Shown: positions 1 to 7,526, counted from the stretch's first letter. The stretch is 64,000 nt of DNA from an uncultured virus (IMG/VR IMGVR_UViG_3300020459_000007) (IMGVR_UViG_3300020459_000007); one strand, 5' to 3'. The notes: generated by a model not told the origin, from the letters alone. Program-made: numbers and translations.

Positions 1-791
1 TGGAAGATAAGACGACCAAAGTAACCGTGTGCTGCTACTATGTTGTATGTTTCTTCTTCTTGTCCGAACTTGTAACCATAGTTCTGAGACTCTTGCTCAG
101 TTGTCTCTCTGATTAGAGAAGATGTAACTAGTGAACCGTGCATTGCTGAGAATAAAGATCCTCCGAACATACCTGCAACACCTGCCATGTGGAAAGGATG
201 CATAAGAATGTTGTGCTCTGCTTGGAATACGAACATGAAGTTAAATGTACCTGAGATACCTAAAGGCATTCCGTCTGAGAAAGATCCCTGACCGAAAGGA
301 TACACTAGGAACACAGCGAATGCTGCTGATACAGGTGCTGAATATGCTACACATATCCAAGGTCTCATACCTAGTCTGTATGATAATTCCCATTGTCTTC
401 CCATGTATGCTGAGATACCGATTAGGAAGTGGAAGATTACCAACTGGTAAGGACCACCGTTGTATAACCATTCGTCTACTGTTGCTGCTTCCCAGATTGG
501 GTAGAAGTGTAGACCGATAGCGTTTGATGATGGAACTACAGCACCAGAGATGATGTTGTTACCATATAAGAAAGAACCCGCTACTGGTTCTCTGATTCCG
601 TCGATATCGACTGGAGGAGCTGCTATGAAAGCAACTACGAAACATGCTGCTGCTGCGAGTAAGCATGGGATCATGAGTACACCGAACCATCCAACATAAA
701 TTCTGTTTTCTGTTGATGTCACCCATTCGCAGAACTGAGGCCAGCCTGCTAGTAAACCTTGTTGTTTACCTTGTCTTGAAAGAGTTGTCAT
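1..791 (-). CDS. psbA: Photosystem II D1 protein (5' part; runs off the left edge)
   Basis: Manual translation from ATG at 791: [42 protein letters not shown]...[17 protein letters not shown]...[20 protein letters not shown]; no intron in the visible part. Confidence 0.99.
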   Translation of the reverse strand, partial: MTTLSRQGKQQGLLAGWPQFCEWVTSTENRIYVGWFGVLMIPCLLAAAACFVVAFIAAPPVDIDGIREPVAGSFLYGNNIISGAVVPSSNAIGLHFYPIWEAATVDEWLYNGGPYQLVIFHFLIGISAYMGRQWELSYRLGMRPWICVAYSAPVSAAFAVFLVYPFGQGSFSDGMPLGISGTFNFMFVFQAEHNILMHPFHMAGVAGMFGGSLFSAMHGSLVTSSLIRETTEQESQNYGYKFGQEEETYNIVAAHGYFGRLIF

Positions 792-813
792 TGTAATAAG
801 ACGTTTAAATAGG

Positions 814-863
814 GCTTCAAGGGTAGAAGCGATATTTATTTCCAGTAATCCCTCACTACTGGA
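814..863 (-). ncRNA. Two-hairpin psbA leader RNA, PhotoRC-II-like
   Basis: Minus strand: UCCAGUA-GUGAGGGAU-UACUGGA, then GCUUC-UACCCUU-GAAGC; loops AGGG/CCCU are complementary; lies immediately upstream of phage psbA. Confidence 0.7.
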
Positions 864-970
864 TAGAAAGACGAAGTATTATACTGCCTATAGGTCTTGG
901 TTTGAGAGCAGTTACACAAGGGAGGGCGATCCGTTCGAGTCCCATGTATGTGTGGTTTTCACCACCGATT

Positions 971-1004
971 TATTTATATTAACATAACTTTACAAACCTG
1001 TCAA
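971..1004 (-). promoter_or_regulatory. psbA upstream promoters: sigma70-like TTGACA-17-TAATAT overlapping T4-type late promoter TATAAATA
   Basis: -35 at 999-1004, -10 at 976-981, TATAAATA at 971-978; HLR1-like repeat at 979-996. Confidence 0.7.
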
Positions 1005-1636
1005 CCCCCATGGACAGTTTTAAAATTGACATTCCAACTGATGCTGATGCGTGTACTGTTTGTGCGGTTGGTACTGACACCATGTCTCAACCAACCAGGA
1101 AATAGTACCATGAGACCCACTCTAGGTGGGATGTTAAACCTTTCGTTCAATTGTATCCATGCAGGTGTACAACCTGCTTCTGCTACTGGACTTTCAAAGT
1201 AGAGACTACCATCATCTCCACTAGTCTGATAATAATATACCCCAGATATATCTGCTGTAGAATGATGATGGCAGTGAGCATAACTTCCTTCACGGAACTG
1301 ATTGATCCATGACTTTCTTTTGTATGTCAAATTTTCTGGATCATATATGTCAGTTGCAGGAAACCCAGTGTGCTTACAGTACCTTTCTATCGTACCGTTG
1401 AGTGCTGTAATGAAAGAGATACATGCTTTCTCTTTCAACCAGTCACCATCAAATTCTCCTTGACATATGTTATGTCCTAGTTGTTCTGAGAATTTATGTG
1501 AACCTGGTGCGTTGAATGATGTAGTGGTCAACCCTAATCCTATTTCATCTTGTATTAAATCTATATTAGAACTGGGTTCAAACTGTTCGATGTAGATTGG
1601 TGTCTGGAATAAAGGTTGTATTGCAAACTGACCCAT
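1001..1636 (-). CDS. 2OG-Fe(II) oxygenase (TIGR02466-like)
   Basis: WIN...HCHHH..DISGVYY...FPGWLRHGV...RISISWN. Confidence 0.85.
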   Translation of the reverse strand: MGQFAIQPLFQTPIYIEQFEPSSNIDLIQDEIGLGLTTTSFNAPGSHKFSEQLGHNICQGEFDGDWLKEKACISFITALNGTIERYCKHTGFPATDIYDPENLTYKRKSWINQFREGSYAHCHHHSTADISGVYYYQTSGDDGSLYFESPVAEAGCTPAWIQLNERFNIPPRVGLMVLFPGWLRHGVSTNRTNSTRISISWNVNFKTVHGG

Positions 1637-1800
1637 TAATAACTCGGTTCCATTTCTTCTATCTTTTCTTCTTCAAATGCAGCATATGATATCTGCTCTC
1701 CAAAATATGAATGATACATCCTACCCCATATGACTTGGAACTCACTCTCGTTTAAATCTTTGAACAAACACTGTCCGTTCATGTAAATGTGATAGATCAT
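1636..1800 (-). CDS. Small hypothetical protein, 54 aa (MIYHIYMNGQCLFKDLNESEF...EMEPSY)
   Basis: Manual translation; ATGA overlap with the upstream stop and TAATG overlap with the downstream start. Confidence 0.7.
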   Translation of the reverse strand: MIYHIYMNGQCLFKDLNESEFQVIWGRMYHSYFGEQISYAAFEEEKIEEMEPSY

Positions 1801-2060
1801 TGTTTTTGTAACCTCTCTACTACAGTTTCTTTTTGCATGGGTGCTACGTCATTCAATCCGTTAGCATCAAACCATGGTGCTTCTTCCCAATCAAATCCTT
1901 CACCGAATGTATTATCAGGTGCCATGACATACCAGTGACACTTAGCGTCAGGTATATCTACAGCACACACTGCCCAATCATCTGCCCACTGTGGTACTTG
2001 TACGTACATCACAGGTAGATGATTAGCAAACAGTGAAAGTATAAAAGAAAAGATAATCAT
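1797..2060 (-). CDS. Hypothetical protein with hydrophobic N-terminus
   Basis: ORF coupled to both neighbours; signal-like N-terminus, Trp/Cys/Asp-rich body. Confidence 0.7.
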   Translation of the reverse strand: MIIFSFILSLFANHLPVMYVQVPQWADDWAVCAVDIPDAKCHWYVMAPDNTFGEGFDWEEAPWFDANGLNDVAPMQKETVVERLQKQ

Positions 2061-2752
2061 TTTTTACCTGTAATTGCACCTACCATCGTCTGAATAAAGA
2101 CCTTTGCTGCTGAGTTCCATGCGTCCTTAGCAGTTCCACTTAGTTCATCAAACAAATACATGTTCAATCGGAATGCATAGTTTGCTTCCGCTATGATGTC
2201 ATTCATCTTACTAGAATCACTAGTGACTTTATCTAATCCTGATCTGTACTTGACCTTGAACTCTTTCTTGTCATCAATCTCAGGGAAGTCATAGAAGTGT
2301 AGACCCTCACCCTTCGGTAGATCTAATGCCTTCTCTGCTATACCTTTAAGTATCTGCCCACCAGATAAGTCACCAAGATACCTAGTATAATGATGTCCTA
2401 CTAATAGATAGGGGTCTTGCTCTGCTACCTCATGTATCCTCTCAACATACTGTATGCATCCTTCTGATGGTTTGATCTCCATCGACCAGTTAGGACCATA
2501 GTAGTACCTCAAGTCCTTCTTGAGTGCATCCAAACGATTTAATTCTGTGAAGTAGATAGGAGTAAGGAACTCATCGTCCTTCAACCTCTCCATCTCCTCT
2601 TCTATAGCAGAGTAAACAAAGTAAAAGTCTTTTATAAGTGTCCTATAGTTCTCTTCGCTTACGACACCACGCAGAAAAGACCCCACAAACTTAGTGTTCT
2701 CTGCTGCTGTGTGGGATCTCTTTGTACCTGTCTTTAATTCTTTAGCTAGCAT
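2057..2752 (-). CDS. ho1: Heme oxygenase (cyanobacterial Ho1-like)
   Basis: LKTGTKRSHTAAEN (proximal His), HHYTRYLGDLSGGQIL, EANYAFRLN. Confidence 0.95.
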   Translation of the reverse strand: MLAKELKTGTKRSHTAAENTKFVGSFLRGVVSEENYRTLIKDFYFVYSAIEEEMERLKDDEFLTPIYFTELNRLDALKKDLRYYYGPNWSMEIKPSEGCIQYVERIHEVAEQDPYLLVGHHYTRYLGDLSGGQILKGIAEKALDLPKGEGLHFYDFPEIDDKKEFKVKYRSGLDKVTSDSSKMNDIIAEANYAFRLNMYLFDELSGTAKDAWNSAAKVFIQTMVGAITGKK

Positions 2753-2954
2753 TTTTCTTAAAATACTTTTGTATTACATCAATCTGATCCTGATACTTGG
2801 CAATGATATTGAGTTCAGTCTCAATTGCTTCTGTTATATCAGAGTGTTCACCTATACCTGCAGGATTTGTAAGGTATACTTCTACGTTTGCTACATGTTT
2901 CTGGATATCTCCTTGAGCATGTGCCAGTAGTGCTTTAATTAGTTGCTCTCTCAT
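2742..2954 (-). CDS. Hypothetical helical protein (NPAGIGEHSD)
   Basis: ORF directly behind a consensus promoter; overlaps the ho1 start. Confidence 0.75.
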   Translation of the reverse strand: MREQLIKALLAHAQGDIQKHVANVEVYLTNPAGIGEHSDITEAIETELNIIAKYQDQIDVIQKYFKKNAS

Positions 2955-2976
2955 GTTTTACTGTACGCTTCTAATA

Positions 2977-3005
2977 ATTATACAGTATTTAGAATGAGTT
3001 GTCAA
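2977..3005 (-). promoter_or_regulatory. Consensus sigma70 promoter TTGACA-17-TATAAT with an internal CTAAATA late box
   Basis: Minus strand TTGACA ACTCATTCTAAATACTG TATAAT, upstream of the ho1 operon. Confidence 0.85.
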
Positions 3006-3109
3006 TTCTCAGGCATCATCTGTGACATCATTACCATCACGAGTGTGGTAATTACGACTGTTCCTGAGAATATTACGACGAACATCGGTAGTATATGGGT
3101 TAAGTTCAT
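3002..3109 (-). CDS. 35-aa single-TM peptide (MNLTHILPMFVVIFSGTVVITTLVMVMMSQMMPEN)
   Basis: Manual translation; ATGA-coupled to the upstream micro-ORF. Confidence 0.55.
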   Translation of the reverse strand: MNLTHILPMFVVIFSGTVVITTLVMVMMSQMMPEN

Positions 3110-3207
3110 AGTAGACCTAATGAACCTGCTGAAAAACCTACTGCACAGAAGAATGCAAACTCATAAAGAGAGTAGTAGGGACTATTGAAAAACGAATTGA
3201 CCGACAT
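3106..3207 (-). CDS. 33-aa single-TM peptide (MSVNSFFNSPYYSLYEFAFFCAVGFSAGSLGLL)
   Basis: Manual translation; starts inside the upstream micro-ORF and its stop overlaps the next ATG. Confidence 0.55.
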   Translation of the reverse strand: MSVNSFFNSPYYSLYEFAFFCAVGFSAGSLGLL

Positions 3208-3256
3208 TAGTGTAAGTGTAGACTGCTATTGTGATTAAAAAGATTGCTTGATACAT
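3182..3256 (-). CDS. 24-aa hydrophobic peptide (MYQAIFLITIAVYTYTNVGQFVFQ)
   Basis: Manual translation; TAATG coupling with the upstream ORF. Confidence 0.5.
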   Translation of the reverse strand: MYQAIFLITIAVYTYTNVGQFVFQ

Positions 3257-3429
3257 TATGTTCCTTGATATACTGGTGACATTAGTCCACCGCCTTGATC
3301 ATCGTCATCATCTTCACCGTTGATAGCACGTAGAACTAGTTCTAGGAGTACCAAGGCAGCAAATGGATAGAAGCACCAGATAATGGCCGTGAAAGGTGAT
3401 ATTGAATTGTCAGCGACGAGTTCGCTCAT
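3256..3429 (-). CDS. 57-aa membrane peptide with DDDDDQGGGLMSP tail
   Basis: Manual translation MSELVADNSISPFTAIIWCFYPFAALVLLELVLRAINGEDDDDDQGGGLMSPVYQGT; CTAAATA box at 3455-3461 upstream. Confidence 0.7.
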   Translation of the reverse strand: MSELVADNSISPFTAIIWCFYPFAALVLLELVLRAINGEDDDDDQGGGLMSPVYQGT

Positions 3430-3485
3430 GTGTATTAAGATTTGTTACTTTAAATATTTAGTTATGTTAAGTTCTCACTAGGTAA

Positions 3486-3584
3486 TTATACCATTACACC
3501 TGTAGGGATAGCAGAAATAACTGCCACCATAAAGATGTAAGGTACAAACTTAAAGGGAACTGGGTGTCTCTTTATGGAGTTCAT
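3486..3584 (-). CDS. 32-aa hydrophobic peptide (MNSIKRHPVPFKFVPYIFMVAVISAIPTGVMV)
   Basis: Manual translation; TAATG-coupled to the last hli gene. Confidence 0.6.
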   Translation of the reverse strand: MNSIKRHPVPFKFVPYIFMVAVISAIPTGVMV

Positions 3585-3721
3585 TATACGAAACCTGGTA
3601 TGATTTGACCTGTTGTTAGGTAAGCACCTAGACCTGCTATGATACCGAGCATTGCTAGTCTGCCGTTAAGCTTCTCTGCAACTACCTTTTCTTTCTCGAT
3701 TGTTTTTGTTTTGTTTGTCAT
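3584..3721 (-). CDS. hli: High-light-inducible protein
   Basis: MTNKTKTIEKEKVVAEKLNGRLAMLG...TGQIIPGFV (AExxNGRxAMxG motif). Confidence 0.95.
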   Translation of the reverse strand: MTNKTKTIEKEKVVAEKLNGRLAMLGIIAGLGAYLTTGQIIPGFV

Positions 3722-3828
3722 TAGAATATACCTGGTATGATTTGACCTGTTGTTGTGTATGCTCCGACTGCTGCTACGAAACCTAGCATTGCCATCCATC
3801 CGTTAAATCTTTCTGCTTCTGGTGTCAT
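3721..3828 (-). CDS. hli: High-light-inducible protein (35 aa; missed by the ORF track)
   Basis: MTPEAERFNGWMAMLGFVAAVGAYTTTGQIIPGIF; SD-like AAAGGT upstream; alternative in-frame ATG at 3873. Confidence 0.95.
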   Translation of the reverse strand: MTPEAERFNGWMAMLGFVAAVGAYTTTGQIIPGIF

Positions 3829-3876
3829 GATTGAATTACCTTTTTGAATTGTGAATTGTGATTGAAATTTCATCTC

Positions 3877-3993
3877 TTAAAAGAGACCTGGTGCTATCCA
3901 TCCGAATAGACCGTAGTTGATTGTGCCGATTACTAATCCCATCATCGCTAGACGACCGTTGATTAGTTCTGCATTCTTCCAGTAGTTCTGCAT
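3877..3993 (-). CDS. hli: High-light-inducible protein
   Basis: MQNYWKNAELINGRLAMMGLVIGTINYGLFGWIAPGLF. Confidence 0.92.
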   Translation of the reverse strand: MQNYWKNAELINGRLAMMGLVIGTINYGLFGWIAPGLF

Positions 3994-4190
3994 TAGAATA
4001 TACCAGGAATAATTTGACCAGTGGTGATGTATGCACCTAGTAATGCAACGAAACCTATCATAGCCCAACGACCATTAGTCTTCTCTGCATTCTGTGGATA
4101 TCCCTCATATGAGATGCTCTCGTCGATGTAAGGGCGTGTCTCTGATGGGAACATGTTTTGTCTTCCACCGCTTTCTGTTGTAGTAGTCAT
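3993..4190 (-). CDS. hli: High-light-inducible protein with N-terminal extension
   Basis: MTTTTESGGRQNMF...NAEKTNGRWAMIGFVALLGAYITTGQIIPGIF. Confidence 0.95.
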   Translation of the reverse strand: MTTTTESGGRQNMFPSETRPYIDESISYEGYPQNAEKTNGRWAMIGFVALLGAYITTGQIIPGIF

Positions 4191-4216
4191 AAAACTTCAT
4201 TAAGTTATGTTACATT

Positions 4217-4245
4217 ATTATATAGGCTTTGTAAAGTTTTGTCAA
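4217..4245 (-). promoter_or_regulatory. hli operon sigma70 promoter TTGACA-17-TATAAT
   Basis: -35 at 4240-4245, -10 at 4217-4222; HLR1-like TTGACAAA-AC-TTTACAAA overlaps the -35. Confidence 0.85.
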
Positions 4246-4372
4246 GCCCCCCTATGTTTTGAACCCCAAACGTCCATAAGTTGTAGCGATAATGAGTATA
4301 AGTACCGCTTATACTGTTCAATATGCTACAAAATGAAACAGCCTACATATAATCAGGGTAAGTTGTATTCAA

Positions 4373-4957
4373 ATGAAAAAACTTTTATTGATATCAGCAG
4401 TGGTTGGGAGCATGGGGTCTCCTGCATTCGCTGACATCACACATAGAATGCAGTCATCAGTCTCGTTGAGCACAGGTGCAGCTGCAACTCAGGTTGAACG
4501 AATTGGTTCAACGTATAGCGTTTCTGGATCTGGAGTCGATACCAGTTGGCAGAAGTATGGTTCTACTGGAACCAATGACGTTACTGCACACGGTGTTGGT
4601 GGACTAGATTTCCAATCAGTTACTGATCAAGGTGTTACTACACAGAATACTTACAGTAACCTAGGTTCTATGACTGCTACTCAGCAGACAACAACCACAG
4701 GTACTGGTAACGATGCTGTGACTGCAGGTAATGGAACAGCGTTCTCATTCACTCAGTCATACACTCAAGGTGATAGTGTAGTAACTACAGGACCAACCGT
4801 TGGTGCTGTTTCAAACTATTCTAGTCAGGTATCTACTGGTGTAGGAACAGGAACTGGTACAGGTTCTGTCACATCAGGTCATGGTATAACTGTTGGTGGT
4901 GGTGGAAGTGGAACTACATCTATTGGGCAATTCACTACTGAGTTGAACATCAACTAG
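4373..4957 (+). CDS. Putative exported Thr/Gly/Ser-rich protein
   Basis: Classic signal peptide MKKLLLISAVVGSMGSPAFA|D; low-complexity, beta-prone body. Confidence 0.8.
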   Translation: MKKLLLISAVVGSMGSPAFADITHRMQSSVSLSTGAAATQVERIGSTYSVSGSGVDTSWQKYGSTGTNDVTAHGVGGLDFQSVTDQGVTTQNTYSNLGSMTATQQTTTTGTGNDAVTAGNGTAFSFTQSYTQGDSVVTTGPTVGAVSNYSSQVSTGVGTGTGTGSVTSGHGITVGGGGSGTTSIGQFTTELNIN

Positions 4958-4959
4958 AG

Positions 4960-5412
4960 ATGAAGTATAGGCTGCTGCTATGTACGTTATGTACACTGGG
5001 TGCTATAAACCCAGTGATAGCAGTGCCTGTGGTCCCGAATTTTACTCAAGGCTCGATGACGAGTCACACGGAAACGACTTCTACGGTGACGGAGACCATA
5101 AATTCGATGGACTATGCCACTGGCTGGACCTATTCGGTAAGTGGCACAGGGGTAGAGGTAGAAGCAGGTAGTACTAACATAGTACCTGATGCGACAACAA
5201 CACAAACTAATACCGTTAATGGTGTGAACTCAACATGGACTGGACTAGATTTATCAAGCACAAACAAACCAAACTTCGTGCAGACAACGCCAGGAGCAGC
5301 GTTCCAATTTACGGAACATTACGCTGGACCAGGGCTTCAGACGCACACAATAATACAACGAACCCAAACCGTAACAAGCGTCACAGATACAACCTCAATT
5401 TTCCAACAATAG
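4960..5412 (+). CDS. Putative exported Thr-rich protein (VPVVPNF motif)
   Basis: Signal peptide ending VIA|VPVVPNF; 2 nt after the upstream stop. Confidence 0.8.
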   Translation: MKYRLLLCTLCTLGAINPVIAVPVVPNFTQGSMTSHTETTSTVTETINSMDYATGWTYSVSGTGVEVEAGSTNIVPDATTTQTNTVNGVNSTWTGLDLSSTNKPNFVQTTPGAAFQFTEHYAGPGLQTHTIIQRTQTVTSVTDTTSIFQQ

Positions 5413-6125
5413 CGTTGGCACTATTAACATGTGCACCTACATATGCACAGACTGATGTGGGTGGTGTATCTGCTACTGCAAACCCGATTGCCAATTCTTC
5501 AGGCTCAGTGACCAACCAGGCAATACAAGTTTTACAAGGTCCATATGTAACATCATCTTATGGTGATGGTATCTCATGTCAAGGTGCTACCTTCAATTTT
5601 ACGCCATACGCCACTGGAAATTTATCACAACAACATCCTTACGAACCAATTTACCAGGATCCTGTCTACAACAACGTAGATGCCAACGATGACGGAGTAC
5701 CCGACAATCCTGGTGAGATACTATACTACGTTCCTACTCGTACAGGTCAAAAGAATAATCAAACTATATCAATAGGTATGTCTGCTACATGGTCTAAACC
5801 ATTGGATAAAGAACAGGTAGAACTATGCAAAACAGCAGCCACACTGCACAATGAATACCGTGCACAGTTGACTGCTAATAAACGACTTGACTTTGAGATA
5901 GCCAGGTTAAAAAATTGCGGGGAGTTAATGAAAGCTGGTATTATGTTCCATCCAAAGTCTCCTTACCATGCTGTATGTGCTGACGTTGTATTAGTTAACC
6001 CACCTGGTGTGGTAGGTCAGCATACACATAGTATTCCTAAAAATGAACAGAGGGGTGTGAGTTTCAACTTCGGTGATAAGAGTGATGCTAGTGTTCTAAA
6101 TGAAATATCAATAGGTAATCCCTAA
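5235..6125 (+). CDS. Putative exported protein with DANDDGVPD Ca-binding-like loop and Cys residues; start uncertain
   Basis: Long ORF with an internal signal-like segment (IALALLTCAPTYA|Q); no ATG near that segment. Confidence 0.75.
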   Translation: MDWTRFIKHKQTKLRADNARSSVPIYGTLRWTRASDAHNNTTNPNRNKRHRYNLNFPTIALALLTCAPTYAQTDVGGVSATANPIANSSGSVTNQAIQVLQGPYVTSSYGDGISCQGATFNFTPYATGNLSQQHPYEPIYQDPVYNNVDANDDGVPDNPGEILYYVPTRTGQKNNQTISIGMSATWSKPLDKEQVELCKTAATLHNEYRAQLTANKRLDFEIARLKNCGELMKAGIMFHPKSPYHAVCADVVLVNPPGVVGQHTHSIPKNEQRGVSFNFGDKSDASVLNEISIGNP

Positions 6126-6859
6126 CGTTTGATAGGGGGTAGTCCTTTCTTCTCACGATACTTGTCAGTTTGAATATCTTGACGGGATGGTTTAGATACT
6201 TTCTTACCTAACTTCTTTTGTATAAAAGTGGTTAGTTTTTTTATGACTGGTTTTATAACTCTCAATAGTAATGGTGTAGCAGCTGCACCTGCTGTAGCTA
6301 ACACTGCGATTGCCACTGTGGTGGTGGACTGATTGACTGAGGGTAGAAATTTCTCAGCAGCAGTAGTTGGTTCGTACAATGTCACACAGACAGTGCCTTG
6401 TAGTTCATGACCTACAACTTTCTCATCACCTGCCTGTGTTAAGTCACCAACTCTTAGGTTATTAGGACCAGGACATTCAGTCTCTGTAGTGAGGTCACCT
6501 GTAGGTGGTACCTCTGGTGGATCTATCTCTGGTGGTGGATTTACAACAGGTGGTGGTACTTCTCTCTGAATTATTAATTGCTCTGGTGTATAATCCATCG
6601 CATTATATGATGGAACCTCGCCATCACAAAACGTTTGAACCTTTGCGGAATCATCCTCTGGTAAATTCTGTGCATTCCTATCGTCTGGATGTGCTTCTAC
6701 ACAACCTGGTATATCTACGATAGGTCTACCAATATACTCGGTAACACGAGGATGACCTGGTGCTACAGGAGTTGGTAGATCGTAACTAAAGGTATGAATG
6801 TGAGGTACATTTAAGTTCCTTACATTTATATCATTTATTTTTATGAACGGTATAGTCAT
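6122..6859 (-). CDS. Pro-rich protein with C-terminal TM segment and basic tail
   Basis: PPPVVNPPPEIDPPEVPP; TM VAIAVLATAGAAATPLLL; stop overlaps the convergent + strand stop. Confidence 0.75.
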   Translation of the reverse strand: MTIPFIKINDINVRNLNVPHIHTFSYDLPTPVAPGHPRVTEYIGRPIVDIPGCVEAHPDDRNAQNLPEDDSAKVQTFCDGEVPSYNAMDYTPEQLIIQREVPPPVVNPPPEIDPPEVPPTGDLTTETECPGPNNLRVGDLTQAGDEKVVGHELQGTVCVTLYEPTTAAEKFLPSVNQSTTTVAIAVLATAGAAATPLLLRVIKPVIKKLTTFIQKKLGKKVSKPSRQDIQTDKYREKKGLPPIKR

Positions 6860-7043
6860 CGTAATGGACTACTCTCAATGTCTTAAGATATTTCAATACA
6901 TGCTCTCTGATCTCCATGAGATCATCATAGCATCCTTGGTTGTGTGCACAACCTCTAAGTTTATGGTTAGGTTCCATGACTGACTCTTCAAATAGAGTCA
7001 GTGCTCTGTCGTATTTAATCTCTGGGGTTTCCTCACCTATCAT
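6831..7043 (-). CDS. Hypothetical protein (LRGCAHNQGCY)
   Basis: ORF in an operon with overlapping neighbours. Confidence 0.65.
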   Translation of the reverse strand: MIGEETPEIKYDRALTLFEESVMEPNHKLRGCAHNQGCYDDLMEIREHVLKYLKTLRVVHYDDYTVHKNK

Positions 7044-7297
7044 GCTTTTGTTTTTTCAATTAGATACTTTTCTTTTGCTCCTGCTTTTTCAGCAGCATAT
7101 AGTGCAAATGACTTAGTAGCAATCATACCCATAATATGTTTGATGTTGTTGCTGTCATTCTCATCAAGTGGTCCTGCTAGTCCAATCAAAGCACCCATAA
7201 CAATGCCTAGTTCACACAGAACAACAATAAAGATTAACTTTAATGCCCACTGTCCTGTGTTAAAGAACCTTTTGACCTGTTCTCCTGCGAAAGTCAT
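7040..7297 (-). CDS. Small membrane protein
   Basis: Hydrophobic LIFIVVLCELGIVMGALIGLA; ATGA coupling. Confidence 0.7.
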   Translation of the reverse strand: MTFAGEQVKRFFNTGQWALKLIFIVVLCELGIVMGALIGLAGPLDENDSNNIKHIMGMIATKSFALYAAEKAGAKEKYLIEKTKA

Positions 7298-7521
7298 GGT
7301 AAAGAAGGTAGAGTTGGTACGGAAGGTTGTGCAGGTCCAGTTACGTCTGGAACCATGCCACCAAGTGATGAACCAAGTGCACCAGAGACTTGCTCCATGA
7401 CTTGAGACTTGACACTATCAATAATTTTTCCTCGGTTGAGATATACACCGACCCCAGAAGCAACAAGGGCAAGAGATACAACACCAGACGATATTGCGAT
7501 CGCATTTATAATTTTTTGCAT
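7294..7521 (-). CDS. Small membrane protein with Pro-rich tail
   Basis: N-terminal TM segment; operon context. Confidence 0.7.
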   Translation of the reverse strand: MQKIINAIAISSGVVSLALVASGVGVYLNRGKIIDSVKSQVMEQVSGALGSSLGGMVPDVTGPAQPSVPTLPSLP

Positions 7522-7526
7522 GATTT

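Noticed and set aside
241..520. Track ORFs 241..471 (-) and 245..520 (+)
   Set aside because: Shadow frames of psbA, which the track missed because it runs off the window
905..945. tRNA-like GTTCGAGTCCC on the + strand
   Set aside because: T-loop-like string only; no acceptor stem, D-arm or anticodon arm can be built
3584..4068. Long N-termini of track ORFs 3584..3799 and 3877..4068, and ORF 3836..4036
   Set aside because: Extensions overlap neighbouring hli genes; coupled ATGs at 3721 and 3993 are the better starts
3584..4190. Recurring ACAGGTCAAATCATACCAGG-like sequence resembling a repeat array
   Set aside because: Explained by the paralogous hli C-termini (TGQIIPG); not CRISPR or a DNA repeat
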